Part shown: positions 1-9,409 of the stretch, piece by piece | Layout: the number at the start of each line of letters is the position of its first letter | How positions within the stretch are numbered: the first letter of the stretch is position 1 | Assembly (NCBI GenBank): GCA_045127455.1 | Contig: JBGVQK010000026.1 | Location: 3,066-67,065, forward strand | Origin: Eubacteriales bacterium | GTDB taxonomy: Bacteria > Bacillota > Clostridia > Oscillospirales > CAG-272 | DNA length: 64,000 nucleotides | Direction: 5' to 3' | Made by a program: the position numbers and the translations under genes | The notes under the pieces: model-generated | Database searches by the model: none | What the model saw: only the letters and a program-made list of their open reading frames with translations | Told to the model about the DNA's origin: nothing

Positions 1-29
1 CGATGCTATGGAGCAGGAACTTGAAAACA

Positions 30-380
30 ATGAAGAGTGACGAAAATCGCGCATTGCTGTTCTCGCTGGGGCTATGTGCCAAGGCGGGCAAGCTGATCTA
101 TGGCGTGCCAATGGTATGCGAGGCACTCAAAAAACAAAAATCGGTTGTGGCAGTATTTGCCGCCGCCGATAATGCTCCCAACTCCGCAAAGCGTTTATCC
201 GACCGGTGCACCTATTACGGTGTTCCGCTCTACACACTTGACCTTGACGGAGAAACGCTCGCTTCGGCAGTGGGCAAGGGGGCAAGACTTGCGGCTTTGG
301 CAGTCACCGACCAAAATCTTTTTCGGTTGGTGCAATCCAAGCTGACACAGGATACAGAAAAAGACAACATCGAAAATTGA
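30..380 (+). CDS. ylxQ: L7Ae/YlxQ-family RNA-binding protein located just upstream of infB
   Basis: The ORF 3..380 lies immediately 5' of infB, as in the Firmicute nusA-ylxR-ylxQ-infB operon. It contains LGLCAKAGKL...AADNAPN, which is typical of L7Ae-like proteins. The ATG at 30 is the chosen start, but the true start could lie upstream of the window. Confidence 0.65.
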   Translation: MKSDENRALLFSLGLCAKAGKLIYGVPMVCEALKKQKSVVAVFAAADNAPNSAKRLSDRCTYYGVPLYTLDLDGETLASAVGKGARLAALAVTDQNLFRLVQSKLTQDTEKDNIEN

Positions 381-454
381 CCTCTGCGGGGTCAACATCG
401 AAATTTTTATGATTTTGCACGGCGCTGCGGCCGCGCAAGGAATCAGGAGGAAAT

Positions 455-3355
455 ATGGCTTCTACTATCAATCAACAATTTAAGATTACCAAATTCGCAA
501 AAGATTTGGGAATGAAGAGCAAGGATCTTGTTGCGCTTCTCGCCCAAAACGGAATTGAGGCAAAGACTACCCAAAAGGCGCTCGAACCGTTGGAGTTTGA
601 CATTTTGTTTGAGTCCTTGACGCAGGCAAACCAAATTACCGACATTGGCAGCTACCTGGATGGGGTGACCTATATTCCCTCCAAGCCCAAAAAGGCTGAA
701 AAAGAAGAAAAGGGTGAACAGGTCAAAGCACCCGAAGCACCCAAAAAAGAAGAAAAGGCGGAAAAGACCGAAAAGGCTGAAAAGCCTGCAGAAAAGAAGG
801 TAGCCGCTCCCAAGTCGGCTCCCGCTCCCGCGCCCAAGGCAAAGGAAGAAGCCCCCGCTGCACGTCCGCAGAACGTAGCAGAGAAGAAGGTGGAAGAAAA
901 GAAAGAAGAAAAGAAGGAAGAAAAGCAGGCGCCCGTGGCTCCCGCTGCTTCTGCTACACCCACCAAGGAGGCCGCACCCGCAGCACGTCCCGCGGCCCGT
1001 CAACCCTACACCGGCAATCCCTACCGTCCGCAGCAAAACGGTGCAGCCGGCATCAACGTAAAGCAAGCACCCGCACAGCCTGCAGCACGTCCTGCTTCCC
1101 CCAGTCGCGCACCGCAAGGTCAGCAGTCTGCGTTTGGCGGCAACAAGCGCCCCGAGGGCTTTGGTGGCCGTCCTGCACAAGGTGGCAACGACTTTGCAGG
1201 CAAAAAGGATCGTCCCAGCTTTAACAAGGGCAACGATCGCGGACGCGGTGGCAACGGCTTTGACCGTGATAAGGGCGATTTCGTACAAAGCGCGCCCAAG
1301 GATACCTTTAAGGCACAACCCATCGTGCGCGGTGCATCCACCAATATCAATCCCGACGGCACGAGAAAGGGCCCTCGCGTAATCGACACCCACACCTCTA
1401 CCGTTGACCTTTCCAAGTACGATGAGCGTTTGGATAATTTCGTATCCGATCGTGACCAAAATCTTGCAGGCGGCAACCAAAAGCTTAAAAAGCAAAACAA
1501 CGCTGCACAGCAGGGTCAAAACGCATTTGGCAAGGGCAACAAGAACAACAAAAAGGATAAAGGACGCAAGGGCGCTGCTCCTGCCGTTCAACAACCTGTT
1601 AATTACAAGCCCACCTCTGTTGAGATCGGCGCGGAGATCGTAGTCGGTCAACTTGCTTCCAAGCTCCACGTAACGGCAGGTGAGGTCGTTAAAAAGCTGA
1701 TGCTTATGGGCATGATGGCGACCATCAACCAGGTCATCGACTTTGATACCGCCGCGCTCGTAGCAGATGAGTTCGGCATTGAAGCTACCCCCGAGGTAGT
1801 TGTCAGCATTGAGGAGCGTCTGTTTGACGAGGCAGTTGACACCGACGAGCAGCTCCAAGAGCGCGCACCCGTTGTTTGCGTTATGGGTCACGTTGACCAC
1901 GGTAAGACCTCTATTCTCGATGCTATCCGTAACACCAACGTCACCGCAGGTGAGGCAGGCGGCATTACCCAGCACATCGGTGCTTACCGCGTTAAGATCA
2001 ATGGACGCGACATCACTTTCCTCGATACCCCCGGTCACGCAGCATTTACCGCAATGCGTGCACGCGGTGCAATGGCAACCGATATCGCAATTCTCGTAGT
2101 AGCCGCAGATGACGGCATTATGCCCCAAACCATTGAGGCGATCAACCACGCAAAAGCAGCCGAGATCGACATTGTTGTCGCCATCAACAAGATGGATAAA
2201 CCCACGGCTAACCCCGACCAGATCAAGCAAGAGCTCACACAGTACGGTCTTGTTCCCGAGGAGTGGGGCGGAGATACCATTTGCGTTCCCGTATCGGCTC
2301 TTACAAGACAAGGTATTGACGACCTGCTTGAGAGCGTATTGCTCGTAGCCGACGTTAAGGAGCTCAAAGCAAATCCCAACCGTCGCGCAAAGGGTATCGT
2401 TATTGAAGCAAAGCTCGACCGCGGACGCGGACCCGTTGCAACCGTTCTGGTTCAAAACGGTACACTCCGCAGTGGAGATACCATTATTGCAGGCACGGCA
2501 GTCGGACACGTTCGTTCGATGACCGACCACTTGGGCAGAAGCCTTAAGGTTGCCGCGCCCTCTGTTCCCGTTGAGATCACGGGTCTTTCCGAGGTTCCCT
2601 CTGCAGGTGATGAATTCCAAGTAGTTGAGGATGAAAGAATGGCAAGAACGCTGGCGGATCAACGCCGCGACAAGGCTAAGGAAGACGTCTTTAAGGCTAA
2701 CGCAAGAGCAAACCTCAACGATCTGTTTGCACAGATCTCCGAGGGTGTTAAGGATTTGAACATCATCGTCAAGGCTGACGTTGACGGCTCTGTTGAGGCG
2801 GTTAAGGCATCACTTCTCAAGCTTTCCAACGAGGAAGTCAAGGTTCGCGTTATCCACGCGGCAGCGGGTGGTATCACCGAGGGTGACGTTACCTTTGCAG
2901 CGGCATCCAACGCGATCATTGTCGGCTTTAATGTTCGTCCCGATAAGACCGCGCTTGACTCTGCCGAGCGTCAAAACGTAGAGGTACGCACCTATCGCGT
3001 CATTTACGAGTGCATCGAAGAGATCGAAGCTGCTATGAAGGGTATGCTCGCGCCCAAGTACCGCGAGAACCTGCTCGGTCACGCAGAGGTACGCCAAACC
3101 ATTCACGTACCCAACGTTGGCACCATTGCAGGCTCCTATATTCAGGACGGTAAGGTTACCCGTCAGTCGCAGATCCGCGTAGTTCGTGACGGTGTGGTTA
3201 TTTTTGAGGATAAGATCTCCTCGCTTAAGAGATTTAAGGACGATGCCCGCGAGGTAGCTGCAGGCTACGAGTGCGGTATCGGTCTTGAAAAATTCAACGA
3301 TATCAAGGTTGGCGATATTCTCGAAGCATTTATCATGGAGCAGATCGAGCAATAA
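455..3355 (+). CDS. infB: translation initiation factor IF-2
   Basis: 966 aa with a charged low-complexity N-terminus. G-domain motifs are [13 protein letters not shown] and NKMD. The C-terminal IF2 domains read colinear. An AGGAGG RBS precedes the ATG. Confidence 0.97.
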   Translation: MASTINQQFKITKFAKDLGMKSKDLVALLAQNGIEAKTTQKALEPLEFDILFESLTQANQITDIGSYLDGVTYIPSKPKKAEKEEKGEQVKAPEAPKKEEKAEKTEKAEKPAEKKVAAPKSAPAPAPKAKEEAPAARPQNVAEKKVEEKKEEKKEEKQAPVAPAASATPTKEAAPAARPAARQPYTGNPYRPQQNGAAGINVKQAPAQPAARPASPSRAPQGQQSAFGGNKRPEGFGGRPAQGGNDFAGKKDRPSFNKGNDRGRGGNGFDRDKGDFVQSAPKDTFKAQPIVRGASTNINPDGTRKGPRVIDTHTSTVDLSKYDERLDNFVSDRDQNLAGGNQKLKKQNNAAQQGQNAFGKGNKNNKKDKGRKGAAPAVQQPVNYKPTSVEIGAEIVVGQLASKLHVTAGEVVKKLMLMGMMATINQVIDFDTAALVADEFGIEATPEVVVSIEERLFDEAVDTDEQLQERAPVVCVMGHVDHGKTSILDAIRNTNVTAGEAGGITQHIGAYRVKINGRDITFLDTPGHAAFTAMRARGAMATDIAILVVAADDGIMPQTIEAINHAKAAEIDIVVAINKMDKPTANPDQIKQELTQYGLVPEEWGGDTICVPVSALTRQGIDDLLESVLLVADVKELKANPNRRAKGIVIEAKLDRGRGPVATVLVQNGTLRSGDTIIAGTAVGHVRSMTDHLGRSLKVAAPSVPVEITGLSEVPSAGDEFQVVEDERMARTLADQRRDKAKEDVFKANARANLNDLFAQISEGVKDLNIIVKADVDGSVEAVKASLLKLSNEEVKVRVIHAAAGGITEGDVTFAAASNAIIVGFNVRPDKTALDSAERQNVEVRTYRVIYECIEEIEAAMKGMLAPKYRENLLGHAEVRQTIHVPNVGTIAGSYIQDGKVTRQSQIRVVRDGVVIFEDKISSLKRFKDDAREVAAGYECGIGLEKFNDIKVGDILEAFIMEQIEQ

Positions 3356-3407
3356 TCGCGTGAAGCAGAAAATCCCCAAGGGGGCAAAAGGAAGGAAGTG
3401 ACCAAAC

Positions 3408-3845
3408 ATGCTTCGTGAAAAATCCTGCGGTGCGCTTGTGGTGCGTCGCGATGAAGAGGATGGAAAACAATATCTTTTGATGATACGGCACAAGCTTGGC
3501 GGTCACCGTTCTTTCCCCAAGGGACATATGGAGCCGGGTGAGACCGAGTATATGACGGCTGTGCGCGAGGTTTTTGAAGAGACCGCCGTACAGATCCGCA
3601 TCGACTGCAAATTCCGCGAGACCGTGCATTACAATCCCATGCCGGGTGTTTCCAAAGAGGTCGTGTACTTCTTAACGCACACGAACCAAAAGAACATCAA
3701 GGCTCGCGAGGGAGAGATCGCGCAGGTTGAGTGGGTTCCGCTCGAGCAGGTCGAAAATTCTCTCACGCACGAGAATGATAAAGTTGTATTCCGCTCCGCA
3801 ATGAAGGTTTTGCAAGCCGACGAGCAGCTCGAGGCAAAGGGATAA
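3408..3845 (+). CDS. NUDIX hydrolase
   Basis: 145 aa with a Nudix box GHMEPGETEYMTAVREVFEETAV (G-x5-E-x7-REUxEExGU). Confidence 0.85.
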   Translation: MLREKSCGALVVRRDEEDGKQYLLMIRHKLGGHRSFPKGHMEPGETEYMTAVREVFEETAVQIRIDCKFRETVHYNPMPGVSKEVVYFLTHTNQKNIKAREGEIAQVEWVPLEQVENSLTHENDKVVFRSAMKVLQADEQLEAKG

Positions 3846-4023
3846 GAATTCTTTGCCGTGTGCACATTTTTTCCACACATCGCATATATTGTAGTACCAC
3901 AATTGGTAGGGAAAGGATACATCGCGATGAAAATGATAGTATGGCGCGCCCCCGCGTTTTTAGCCCCACTGCTTCAAAAGCTGTTCGGCAAGCGCAAACC
4001 CAAAAAGAAAAACGAATAAAAAG

Positions 4024-4057
4024 AAAAGATGCAAGCGAATGCTTGCATCTTTTTTTG
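4024..4057. terminator. bidirectional intrinsic terminator
   Basis: Perfect hairpin agatgcaagc-gaat-gcttgcatct, flanked by an A-run and a T-run, between convergent genes. Confidence 0.8.
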
Positions 4058-4066
4058 TAATCGTTT

Positions 4067-5542
4067 TTATACTTCAAACCCCATATTCTCAATATACGCT
4101 TGTGAGAAAACGGAAGAGAAGGAAAGCTCAACGGTTTGGGTCTCTTTGCAAAGAGCGTCGAGTGCGGCTTGGTTCTCTTCATCTATGAGGCAAAGTCGTG
4201 CGCCCGCAAGAGCGGTATTGCCAACGATCTGTGTGCGCGAGAGGAGCGTGGGGGAGATAAGCCCCGTCCGCGCAGCACTCGCAGGGCTCATATAATAGCC
4301 CAAGCCGCCCGCCAAGAACACGCGCGCAATTTCGTCCATCTTTACGCCGCAATGCGCTGTGAGCGCCTCTACGCCTGCCGCAATGGCGGCCTTGGCGAGC
4401 TGGAATTGCCGCACGTCATCCTGCGAGAGATAAATGTCGGGTGTAAGATAAAAGCAGTCATCCTCTAAATAGTGGAAGAGGGGAGAGTCACATTCCTCGC
4501 TAAAGGCACCCGTTTCGTCAAGAATGCCCTCATCGAGCAAGAGTGCGATCAGATCGATCACTCCGCAGCCGCAAATACCGCGCGCGGGGGCGTTTTCCAC
4601 GGTGGTAAAGCGCAACTCTCCGCCCTCGCGCCAAACGCGGTCGATCGCGCCCGAAACGCCACCCATACCGCAGGAAAGATTTGCTCCTTCCAGCGCAGGA
4701 CCTGCCGCGGTCGAGGCGGCATAGAGCTTGCCCTTGTGCGAGAGGACGATCTCTCCGTTTGTGCCAAGATCCATCAAAAGCTGCGTTTTGTCACTCTTGT
4801 GCATTTCGCAAGCGAGAATTCCCGCGCTCACGTCGCTGCCGAGATAGGCGCTGATGGATGGGAGCAAGCGCACGCGGCGAGCATCAATGCCAATATGCGT
4901 GCCCTCGAAATATTTGGTTTCAACAAAGGCAGGGGTAAAGGGATACGAGCCGATGCCTGTGGGCTCAACGCCAATCAAAAGATGGAGCATTGTGGGGTTG
5001 CCCACAACCAAGACCTCGTCAATTTGCGCACCCGTGCTCCCGAATTTGGCAATGAGGCGGTTGGTGGCATCCACAACGGATGTGCGCATTGCCTCTCCCT
5101 TGCCGTCTCCAAACGCGCTGATGCGGCTGAGCACGTCCGCGCCAAACGCCCCTTGCGGATTGAGCGCCGACGCTTTTGCCAAAATATCGCCTGTTGCTTT
5201 GTCAACAAGACTTGCGGCAAGTGTGGTCGTGCCAACGTCAAGGAGCATTCCCATCGCGCTTTTGGCGCAAGAGGAAAGAGAAGAGAGCTTCCAAACCTCA
5301 TTTTTGTCGGCATTCAAAAGGACAGTCAAATCATGTGTCACCAACGTGTGGCAAGAGAGCACCGTTTGATATTCCTCGGCATCTGCCGCGCGGCACTTGA
5401 CGGCGCATTTGCCACAGCTTCCACGTCCGCCGCAGGCTGCGGGAATAAAAAAGCCGTTTTGTGTCAGGGCATCCAAAAGGTTTGCACCGTGAGGAACGGA
5501 AAATATGAAATTGTGGGGCAAAACAGTAACCGTATGCTTCAT
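4067..5542 (-). CDS. 2Fe-2S ferredoxin-domain / ASKHA-fold protein (RACo-like, DUF4445-type)
   Basis: The N-terminus carries a plant-type ferredoxin motif CGGRGSCGKCAV...C. The remainder has ASKHA phosphate motifs (LLDVGTTT, LMDLGTNGE, GGLG). A GGGAGG RBS precedes the ATG at 5542. Confidence 0.7.
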   Translation of the reverse strand: MKHTVTVLPHNFIFSVPHGANLLDALTQNGFFIPAACGGRGSCGKCAVKCRAADAEEYQTVLSCHTLVTHDLTVLLNADKNEVWKLSSLSSCAKSAMGMLLDVGTTTLAASLVDKATGDILAKASALNPQGAFGADVLSRISAFGDGKGEAMRTSVVDATNRLIAKFGSTGAQIDEVLVVGNPTMLHLLIGVEPTGIGSYPFTPAFVETKYFEGTHIGIDARRVRLLPSISAYLGSDVSAGILACEMHKSDKTQLLMDLGTNGEIVLSHKGKLYAASTAAGPALEGANLSCGMGGVSGAIDRVWREGGELRFTTVENAPARGICGCGVIDLIALLLDEGILDETGAFSEECDSPLFHYLEDDCFYLTPDIYLSQDDVRQFQLAKAAIAAGVEALTAHCGVKMDEIARVFLAGGLGYYMSPASAARTGLISPTLLSRTQIVGNTALAGARLCLIDEENQAALDALCKETQTVELSFSSVFSQAYIENMGFEV

Positions 5543-5733
5543 AAGCGCGCCTCCCACCGAGTTTTCTTATTCGATTATAGCACAAAAAGCGGGAAAGGTC
5601 AAGGAGAAAATGGGGAAAAGATAGATTTAGAACCCAAACGTGCGCAGAACGTAGAAAAAAATATAATAGACACGATGAACAAATCAATAAATTCCACTTT
5701 TGCAAAAAAATAAAACTTTTTTTCAAAAAGGGG

Positions 5734-5762
5734 TTGACAAAATAGATGAAATGAGGTATAAT
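5734..5762 (+). promoter_or_regulatory. sigma-A promoter of tRNA-Arg, with an upstream A/T UP-like block
   Basis: TTGACA (5734-5739), 17-nt spacer, TATAAT (5757-5762). It is preceded by aaaactttttttcaaaaagggg. Confidence 0.8.
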
Positions 5763-5787
5763 ATCAAAGTACGAAAAAAACGTATAC

Positions 5788-5864
5788 GTGCCTTTAGCTC
5801 AGCCGGATAGAGTGTTTGGCTACGAACCAAAAGGTCGGGGGTTCGAGTCCCTCAAGGCACGCCA
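5788..5864 (+). tRNA. tRNA-Arg (anticodon ACG)
   Basis: Cloverleaf folded by hand: acceptor GTGCCTT/AAGGCAC, D arm GCTC..GAGT, anticodon stem TTTGG/CCAAA with loop CTACGAA, T arm GGGGG-TTCGAGT-CCCTC. It has discriminator G and an encoded CCA. Confidence 0.9.
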
Positions 5865-5905
5865 AACAAAAAGTGGATACCCATTCGGGTATCCACTTTT
5901 TGTTT
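5865..5905 (+). terminator. intrinsic terminator after tRNA-Arg
   Basis: 19-bp perfect stem aaacaaaaagtggataccc / gggtatccactttttgttt with loop attc. Confidence 0.85.
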
Positions 5906-6007
5906 CCCGTAGCTTTATAACGCAGAACCCCGCAAATTTCCGTACAAGGAAATTTGTTATAACGTGCGCATTGTATCTGTGGTTTACTACTGCATTCGAC
6001 GCACGTT

Positions 6008-6026
6008 TGGGTTCTGAGTCCCTCAA
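6008..6026 (+). repeat. degenerate copy of the tRNA-Arg T-arm
   Basis: tgggttctgagtccctcaa compared with the tRNA segment gggggttcgagtccctcaa (one inserted base). It lies about 145 nt downstream of the intact gene. Confidence 0.6.
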
Positions 6027-6091
6027 TCTCCCAGCCTCACGTATTTCATTCGTAACGTGCGCGTTTTTATTTCCCCTCATATTGAAAAATA

Positions 6092-6120
6092 TTGACAACA
6101 CCCCTCAATTTTGTTATAAT
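6092..6120 (+). promoter_or_regulatory. sigma-A promoter of pcp
   Basis: TTGACA, 17-nt spacer, TATAAT, located 30 nt upstream of the pcp ATG. Confidence 0.75.
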
Positions 6121-6150
6121 AAAAGCAGAACAACGGGAAGGGGTTTTGCA

Positions 6151-6735
6151 ATGAAAAAACTTTTGATAACCGGATTTGAGCCCTTTGGAGGGGAAACGAT
6201 CAATCCCTCTTGGGAGGTGGTCTCGCATCTGCCCAATCAAATAAACGAATATGCGCTAACAAAGCTCCTCGTGCCTGTGGAATTTGGCAAGGCGGCAAGT
6301 GTCGTACTTTGCAAAGCAGAAGAAATTTCTCCCGACGTCATTCTTTGCATCGGCCAGGCGGGAGGCAGGGGCGCTATCACGCCCGAGCTTGTGGCAATCA
6401 ATCTGCGCTATGCCAAAATTCCCGATAACGCGGGCTTTCAGCCCAAGGATGAGCCCATCATCCCGAGCGGTGCGTGCGCTTATTTTTCCACGCTCCCCTT
6501 GCGGCAGATGGCAGAAGCGATAAACGAAACGGGAATTGCATCACAGGTGTCATATTCCGCAGGTGCGTACGTTTGCAACGACCTGCTTTACACATTGCTT
6601 GCTCACTTTGAAGGAACGCAAACGCGTGTTGGTTTTGTGCACATTCCGTATGCAAAAGAGCAGGGCAAAGAGCCCTCAATGGAGCTTTCCGAGATGGTAA
6701 AAGCCCTTGTTGTCGCCATCGAAAATTTGGATTGA
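6151..6735 (+). CDS. pcp: pyroglutamyl-peptidase I (pyrrolidone-carboxylate peptidase)
   Basis: MKKLLITGFEPFGGETINPSWE N-terminus, catalytic Cys context GAYVCN, and His context GFVHIP. The tracked ORF 5788..6735 runs through the tRNA, so the start was trimmed to the ATG at 6151. Confidence 0.9.
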   Translation: MKKLLITGFEPFGGETINPSWEVVSHLPNQINEYALTKLLVPVEFGKAASVVLCKAEEISPDVILCIGQAGGRGAITPELVAINLRYAKIPDNAGFQPKDEPIIPSGACAYFSTLPLRQMAEAINETGIASQVSYSAGAYVCNDLLYTLLAHFEGTQTRVGFVHIPYAKEQGKEPSMELSEMVKALVVAIENLD

Positions 6736-6759
6736 AAAAGAACACACAGGAGAACATCA

Positions 6760-7716
6760 ATGATTTTTGAAAAACAAGTTGTCAACGCCTTTAAGGGCAT
6801 GATGCACACACGCTGTGATGATACCGAAACAGTCTTTTATTTTTCATCCGACGATTTTGCAGGCTTGCAAAAGGAAGGGTATGCGTTCCAATCTTCTATG
6901 GGGCACACCCTGCAAGGATATTTGTATTTTTATGACGGTTACGTCAAAGATAGACTCATCGTTTTTGACCACGGCTTTGGCGGTGGTCACAGAGCGTATA
7001 TGAAAGAGATTGAAAAGCTCTGCGCGCACGGCTACCGCGTGTTTGCCTACGACCATACGGGGTGTATGGAATCGGGCGGCAAGAGCCCGAACGGTCTTGC
7101 TCAATCGCTTTGCGACCTGAATGATTGCATCACGGCTATCAAAGCCGACGAGCGGTTTGCAGGGCTTGATATCTCTGTTATGGGGCACAGCTGGGGCGGA
7201 TTTTCCACCTTGAATATCGCATCCTTACACCCCGAAATCTCCCACGTGGTTGCTATGTGCGGCTTTGTTTCTGTCGAGGAAATGATAAACACCTTTTTTG
7301 CGGGCCCCCTCAAGGGCTATCGCAAGGCAGTGCTCGCTTTGGAGAGGGAATCCAACCCCATGTTTTCAACCTTCCACGCGGTCGAGTCCTTAAAAAACGC
7401 AGACGTCAAGGCACTTCTTATCTATTCCGAGGACGATCAGCTTTGCCGCCGCGCGCACTATGATATTCTCAAAGAGGGACTTGGGGATAAAGAAAACGTG
7501 CGTTTTCTGTTTGTAAAAAACAAGGGGCACAATCCCAACTATACCGAGGCTGCCCTCGAGTTGCTTGGCAAATTTAGCAAAGCACGCGCAAAGCTTGCCA
7601 AGAAAAAGAACGCTACCAAAGAAGAAAAAGCCAAATTTGTCGCATCCTTTAATTGGAAAAAAATGACCGAGCAGGACGAGGCGATTTGGAATGAAATTTT
7701 TGAGCATCTTGCTTAA
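6760..7716 (+). CDS. alpha/beta-fold serine hydrolase
   Basis: 318 aa with nucleophile elbow GHSWGG and a late GHNP histidine context. Confidence 0.7.
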   Translation: MIFEKQVVNAFKGMMHTRCDDTETVFYFSSDDFAGLQKEGYAFQSSMGHTLQGYLYFYDGYVKDRLIVFDHGFGGGHRAYMKEIEKLCAHGYRVFAYDHTGCMESGGKSPNGLAQSLCDLNDCITAIKADERFAGLDISVMGHSWGGFSTLNIASLHPEISHVVAMCGFVSVEEMINTFFAGPLKGYRKAVLALERESNPMFSTFHAVESLKNADVKALLIYSEDDQLCRRAHYDILKEGLGDKENVRFLFVKNKGHNPNYTEAALELLGKFSKARAKLAKKKNATKEEKAKFVASFNWKKMTEQDEAIWNEIFEHLA

Positions 7717-7731
7717 AACGAGGAAAAGAAT

Positions 7732-8667
7732 ATGCCCAAATATAACATAAACAAAGAATTTCTGCCGTTCTCGCTTTTTGCACCGCCGATACAAAATGCA
7801 AAAATGGCGGGCTGGATGGGTTCTAAAATGCAGCCGCCAAGGTGGGTCAAAAAAAGTCTTGATCGCGAGGTCTCCATTACAAAAGAGACCGTCAAAAGTT
7901 ATGACGGTGCAAATATTTCGGTATTTGTCATTGACCCTTACGGTCTTGCGGAAACGTCTCCTTGCCTCGTTTACTATCACGGCGGCGGATTTTTCTTCGA
8001 GGGTGCAAGGTATCATTACAAATTTGCCAAGCAGTATGCACTCGAGGCGGAATGCCGTGTCATTTTTGTGCAGTATCGGCTTGCTCCCAAGCATCCGCAT
8101 CCCACGCCCGCCGAGGATTGCTATGCGGCTCTTGGTTGGACATTTGAAAATGCAAAACGGCTGAAGATAGACAAAACCAAAATTGCCGTTGGAGGCGACA
8201 GTGCAGGGGGCGCTCTTGCAGCTGCGGTTTGCCAAATGGCAAGAGATCGAGGCAGTGATATGCCTCTGTTCCAACTTTTGATCTACCCCGTTACCGATCG
8301 CAGAATGAACTATGATTCTTGCCGCAATTTTGTAGACACGCCTATGTGGAATGCAAAGCTATCAAAACTGATGTGGCAGGGCTACGTGCAGGATGAGAAC
8401 GCCCCCGATATAGCCTATGCCTCTCCCATGGAAGCAAAGCGATTTGATTCCTTGCCAACATCCTACGTAGAGACTGCCGAGTTTGATTGCCTGCGCGATG
8501 AGGGAATTGCCTATGCAAATGCTATGAAGCACGCGGGCGTTGCGGTCACGCTGCACGAAACGCGCGGCACGATGCACGGCTTTGATATTGTAGAAAAAGC
8601 CCCCACCACAAAGGCAATGGTCAAACAAAGAATTGCGTTTATGCAGGCGCAATTTTATGGGGAATAA
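7732..8667 (+). CDS. alpha/beta hydrolase fold-3 esterase/lipase (HSL family)
   Basis: Oxyanion motif HGGGF, nucleophile GDSAGG, and late D/H residues (DCLRDEG, MHGF). Confidence 0.85.
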   Translation: MPKYNINKEFLPFSLFAPPIQNAKMAGWMGSKMQPPRWVKKSLDREVSITKETVKSYDGANISVFVIDPYGLAETSPCLVYYHGGGFFFEGARYHYKFAKQYALEAECRVIFVQYRLAPKHPHPTPAEDCYAALGWTFENAKRLKIDKTKIAVGGDSAGGALAAAVCQMARDRGSDMPLFQLLIYPVTDRRMNYDSCRNFVDTPMWNAKLSKLMWQGYVQDENAPDIAYASPMEAKRFDSLPTSYVETAEFDCLRDEGIAYANAMKHAGVAVTLHETRGTMHGFDIVEKAPTTKAMVKQRIAFMQAQFYGE

Positions 8668-8688
8668 GTCCTTTTTTTAAAAAACGAT

Positions 8689-8730
8689 AAAACAAGCCGA
8701 TGCGGATTTTATCCGCATCGGCTTGTTTTA
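8689..8730. terminator. bidirectional intrinsic terminator
   Basis: aaaacaagccgatgcgga-tttt-atccgcatcggcttgtttta lies between convergent genes. Confidence 0.85.
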
Positions 8731-9252
8731 TATGCCGTAGCTTCCCGTCAAAGGGTCTTTAAAAATGTTGATTTCGGGTGTGGCAAAGGTGAAAATGACA
8801 AATAGCAATGCAATAAGAGCCAGAATTGCAATCGCCAATTTTGGCATTTTACAACGCACGGTTTCCTTTTTGAACAACCGCGTTTCATAAAGATAAGCGA
8901 TCCCTGCCGCAATAAAGAAAATCGCGATATTGATCCAGTCGGGCGAGCGACCGATAACACCGTTGTAGGTGTAGAAAATGACGGGAATAAGGCCAAGACC
9001 TAAAAGAATTCCGCGCAGCTTTACGCACCAAAAGTCCTCGCGCTCTTCAAAGAAAAAGCTTTGCACAATGGCAAACACAAGCATTGGCCAAAAGAGGAGC
9101 TTCATATGCTCCCAAGTCGATTCATTCACGCCCGAAAAGGGTGCTATCCACACCGCCTTGCCAAGCCAATCGTAAAGAAAATGCAGTACCGTTCCCATAA
9201 GCGAGGTAACGGCAAAGCCCCAGAGCTGCCAAAGTCCAATCGAGCGTTTCAT
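8728..9252 (-). CDS. polytopic membrane protein of unknown function
   Basis: About 174 aa starting at MKRSIGLWQLWGF, with about 5 hydrophobic helices. No catalytic motif was recognised. Confidence 0.6.
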   Translation of the reverse strand: MKRSIGLWQLWGFAVTSLMGTVLHFLYDWLGKAVWIAPFSGVNESTWEHMKLLFWPMLVFAIVQSFFFEEREDFWCVKLRGILLGLGLIPVIFYTYNGVIGRSPDWINIAIFFIAAGIAYLYETRLFKKETVRCKMPKLAIAILALIALLFVIFTFATPEINIFKDPLTGSYGI

Positions 9253-9317
9253 AATGCCTCCCACAAACAAAAGATAGCACAGTATATGCGCAAGGGCGGG
9301 GAAGTATGCCCAAAATC

Positions 9318-9346
9318 TTGACAAGCGCCCTCGGTTTTGTTATAAT
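9318..9346 (+). promoter_or_regulatory. sigma-A promoter of the GH5 gene
   Basis: TTGACA, 17-nt spacer, TATAAT. Confidence 0.75.
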
Positions 9347-9409
9347 AATATAAGACTTTATACACTCTCTTTTGGCTTGAGAGAAAAAATATCATATTGT
9401 GAGGTCGTT

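Noticed and set aside
443-2662. 739-aa ORF antisense to infB. Similar long antisense ORFs occur at 4472..5713, 7390..8274, 9422..10852, 32265..33164, 37270..38232, 38362..39435, 39436..40416, 46823..48691, 51500..52438, 53874..54938 and 56206..57168.
   Set aside because: Each lies opposite a gene with unmistakable conserved motifs. Their products are low-complexity, Cys/Arg/Leu-rich and motif-free. They lack convincing RBS or start contexts. Long open antisense frames are an expected by-product of the codon bias seen here.
5788-6150. N-terminal extensions of tracked ORFs that run through tRNA genes (5788..6735 across tRNA-Arg, 14765..17134 across tRNA-Pro).
   Set aside because: The extensions cover a tRNA, its terminator and a consensus promoter. 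The conserved protein sequences begin at the internal ATGs (6151 and 15377), which have RBSs.
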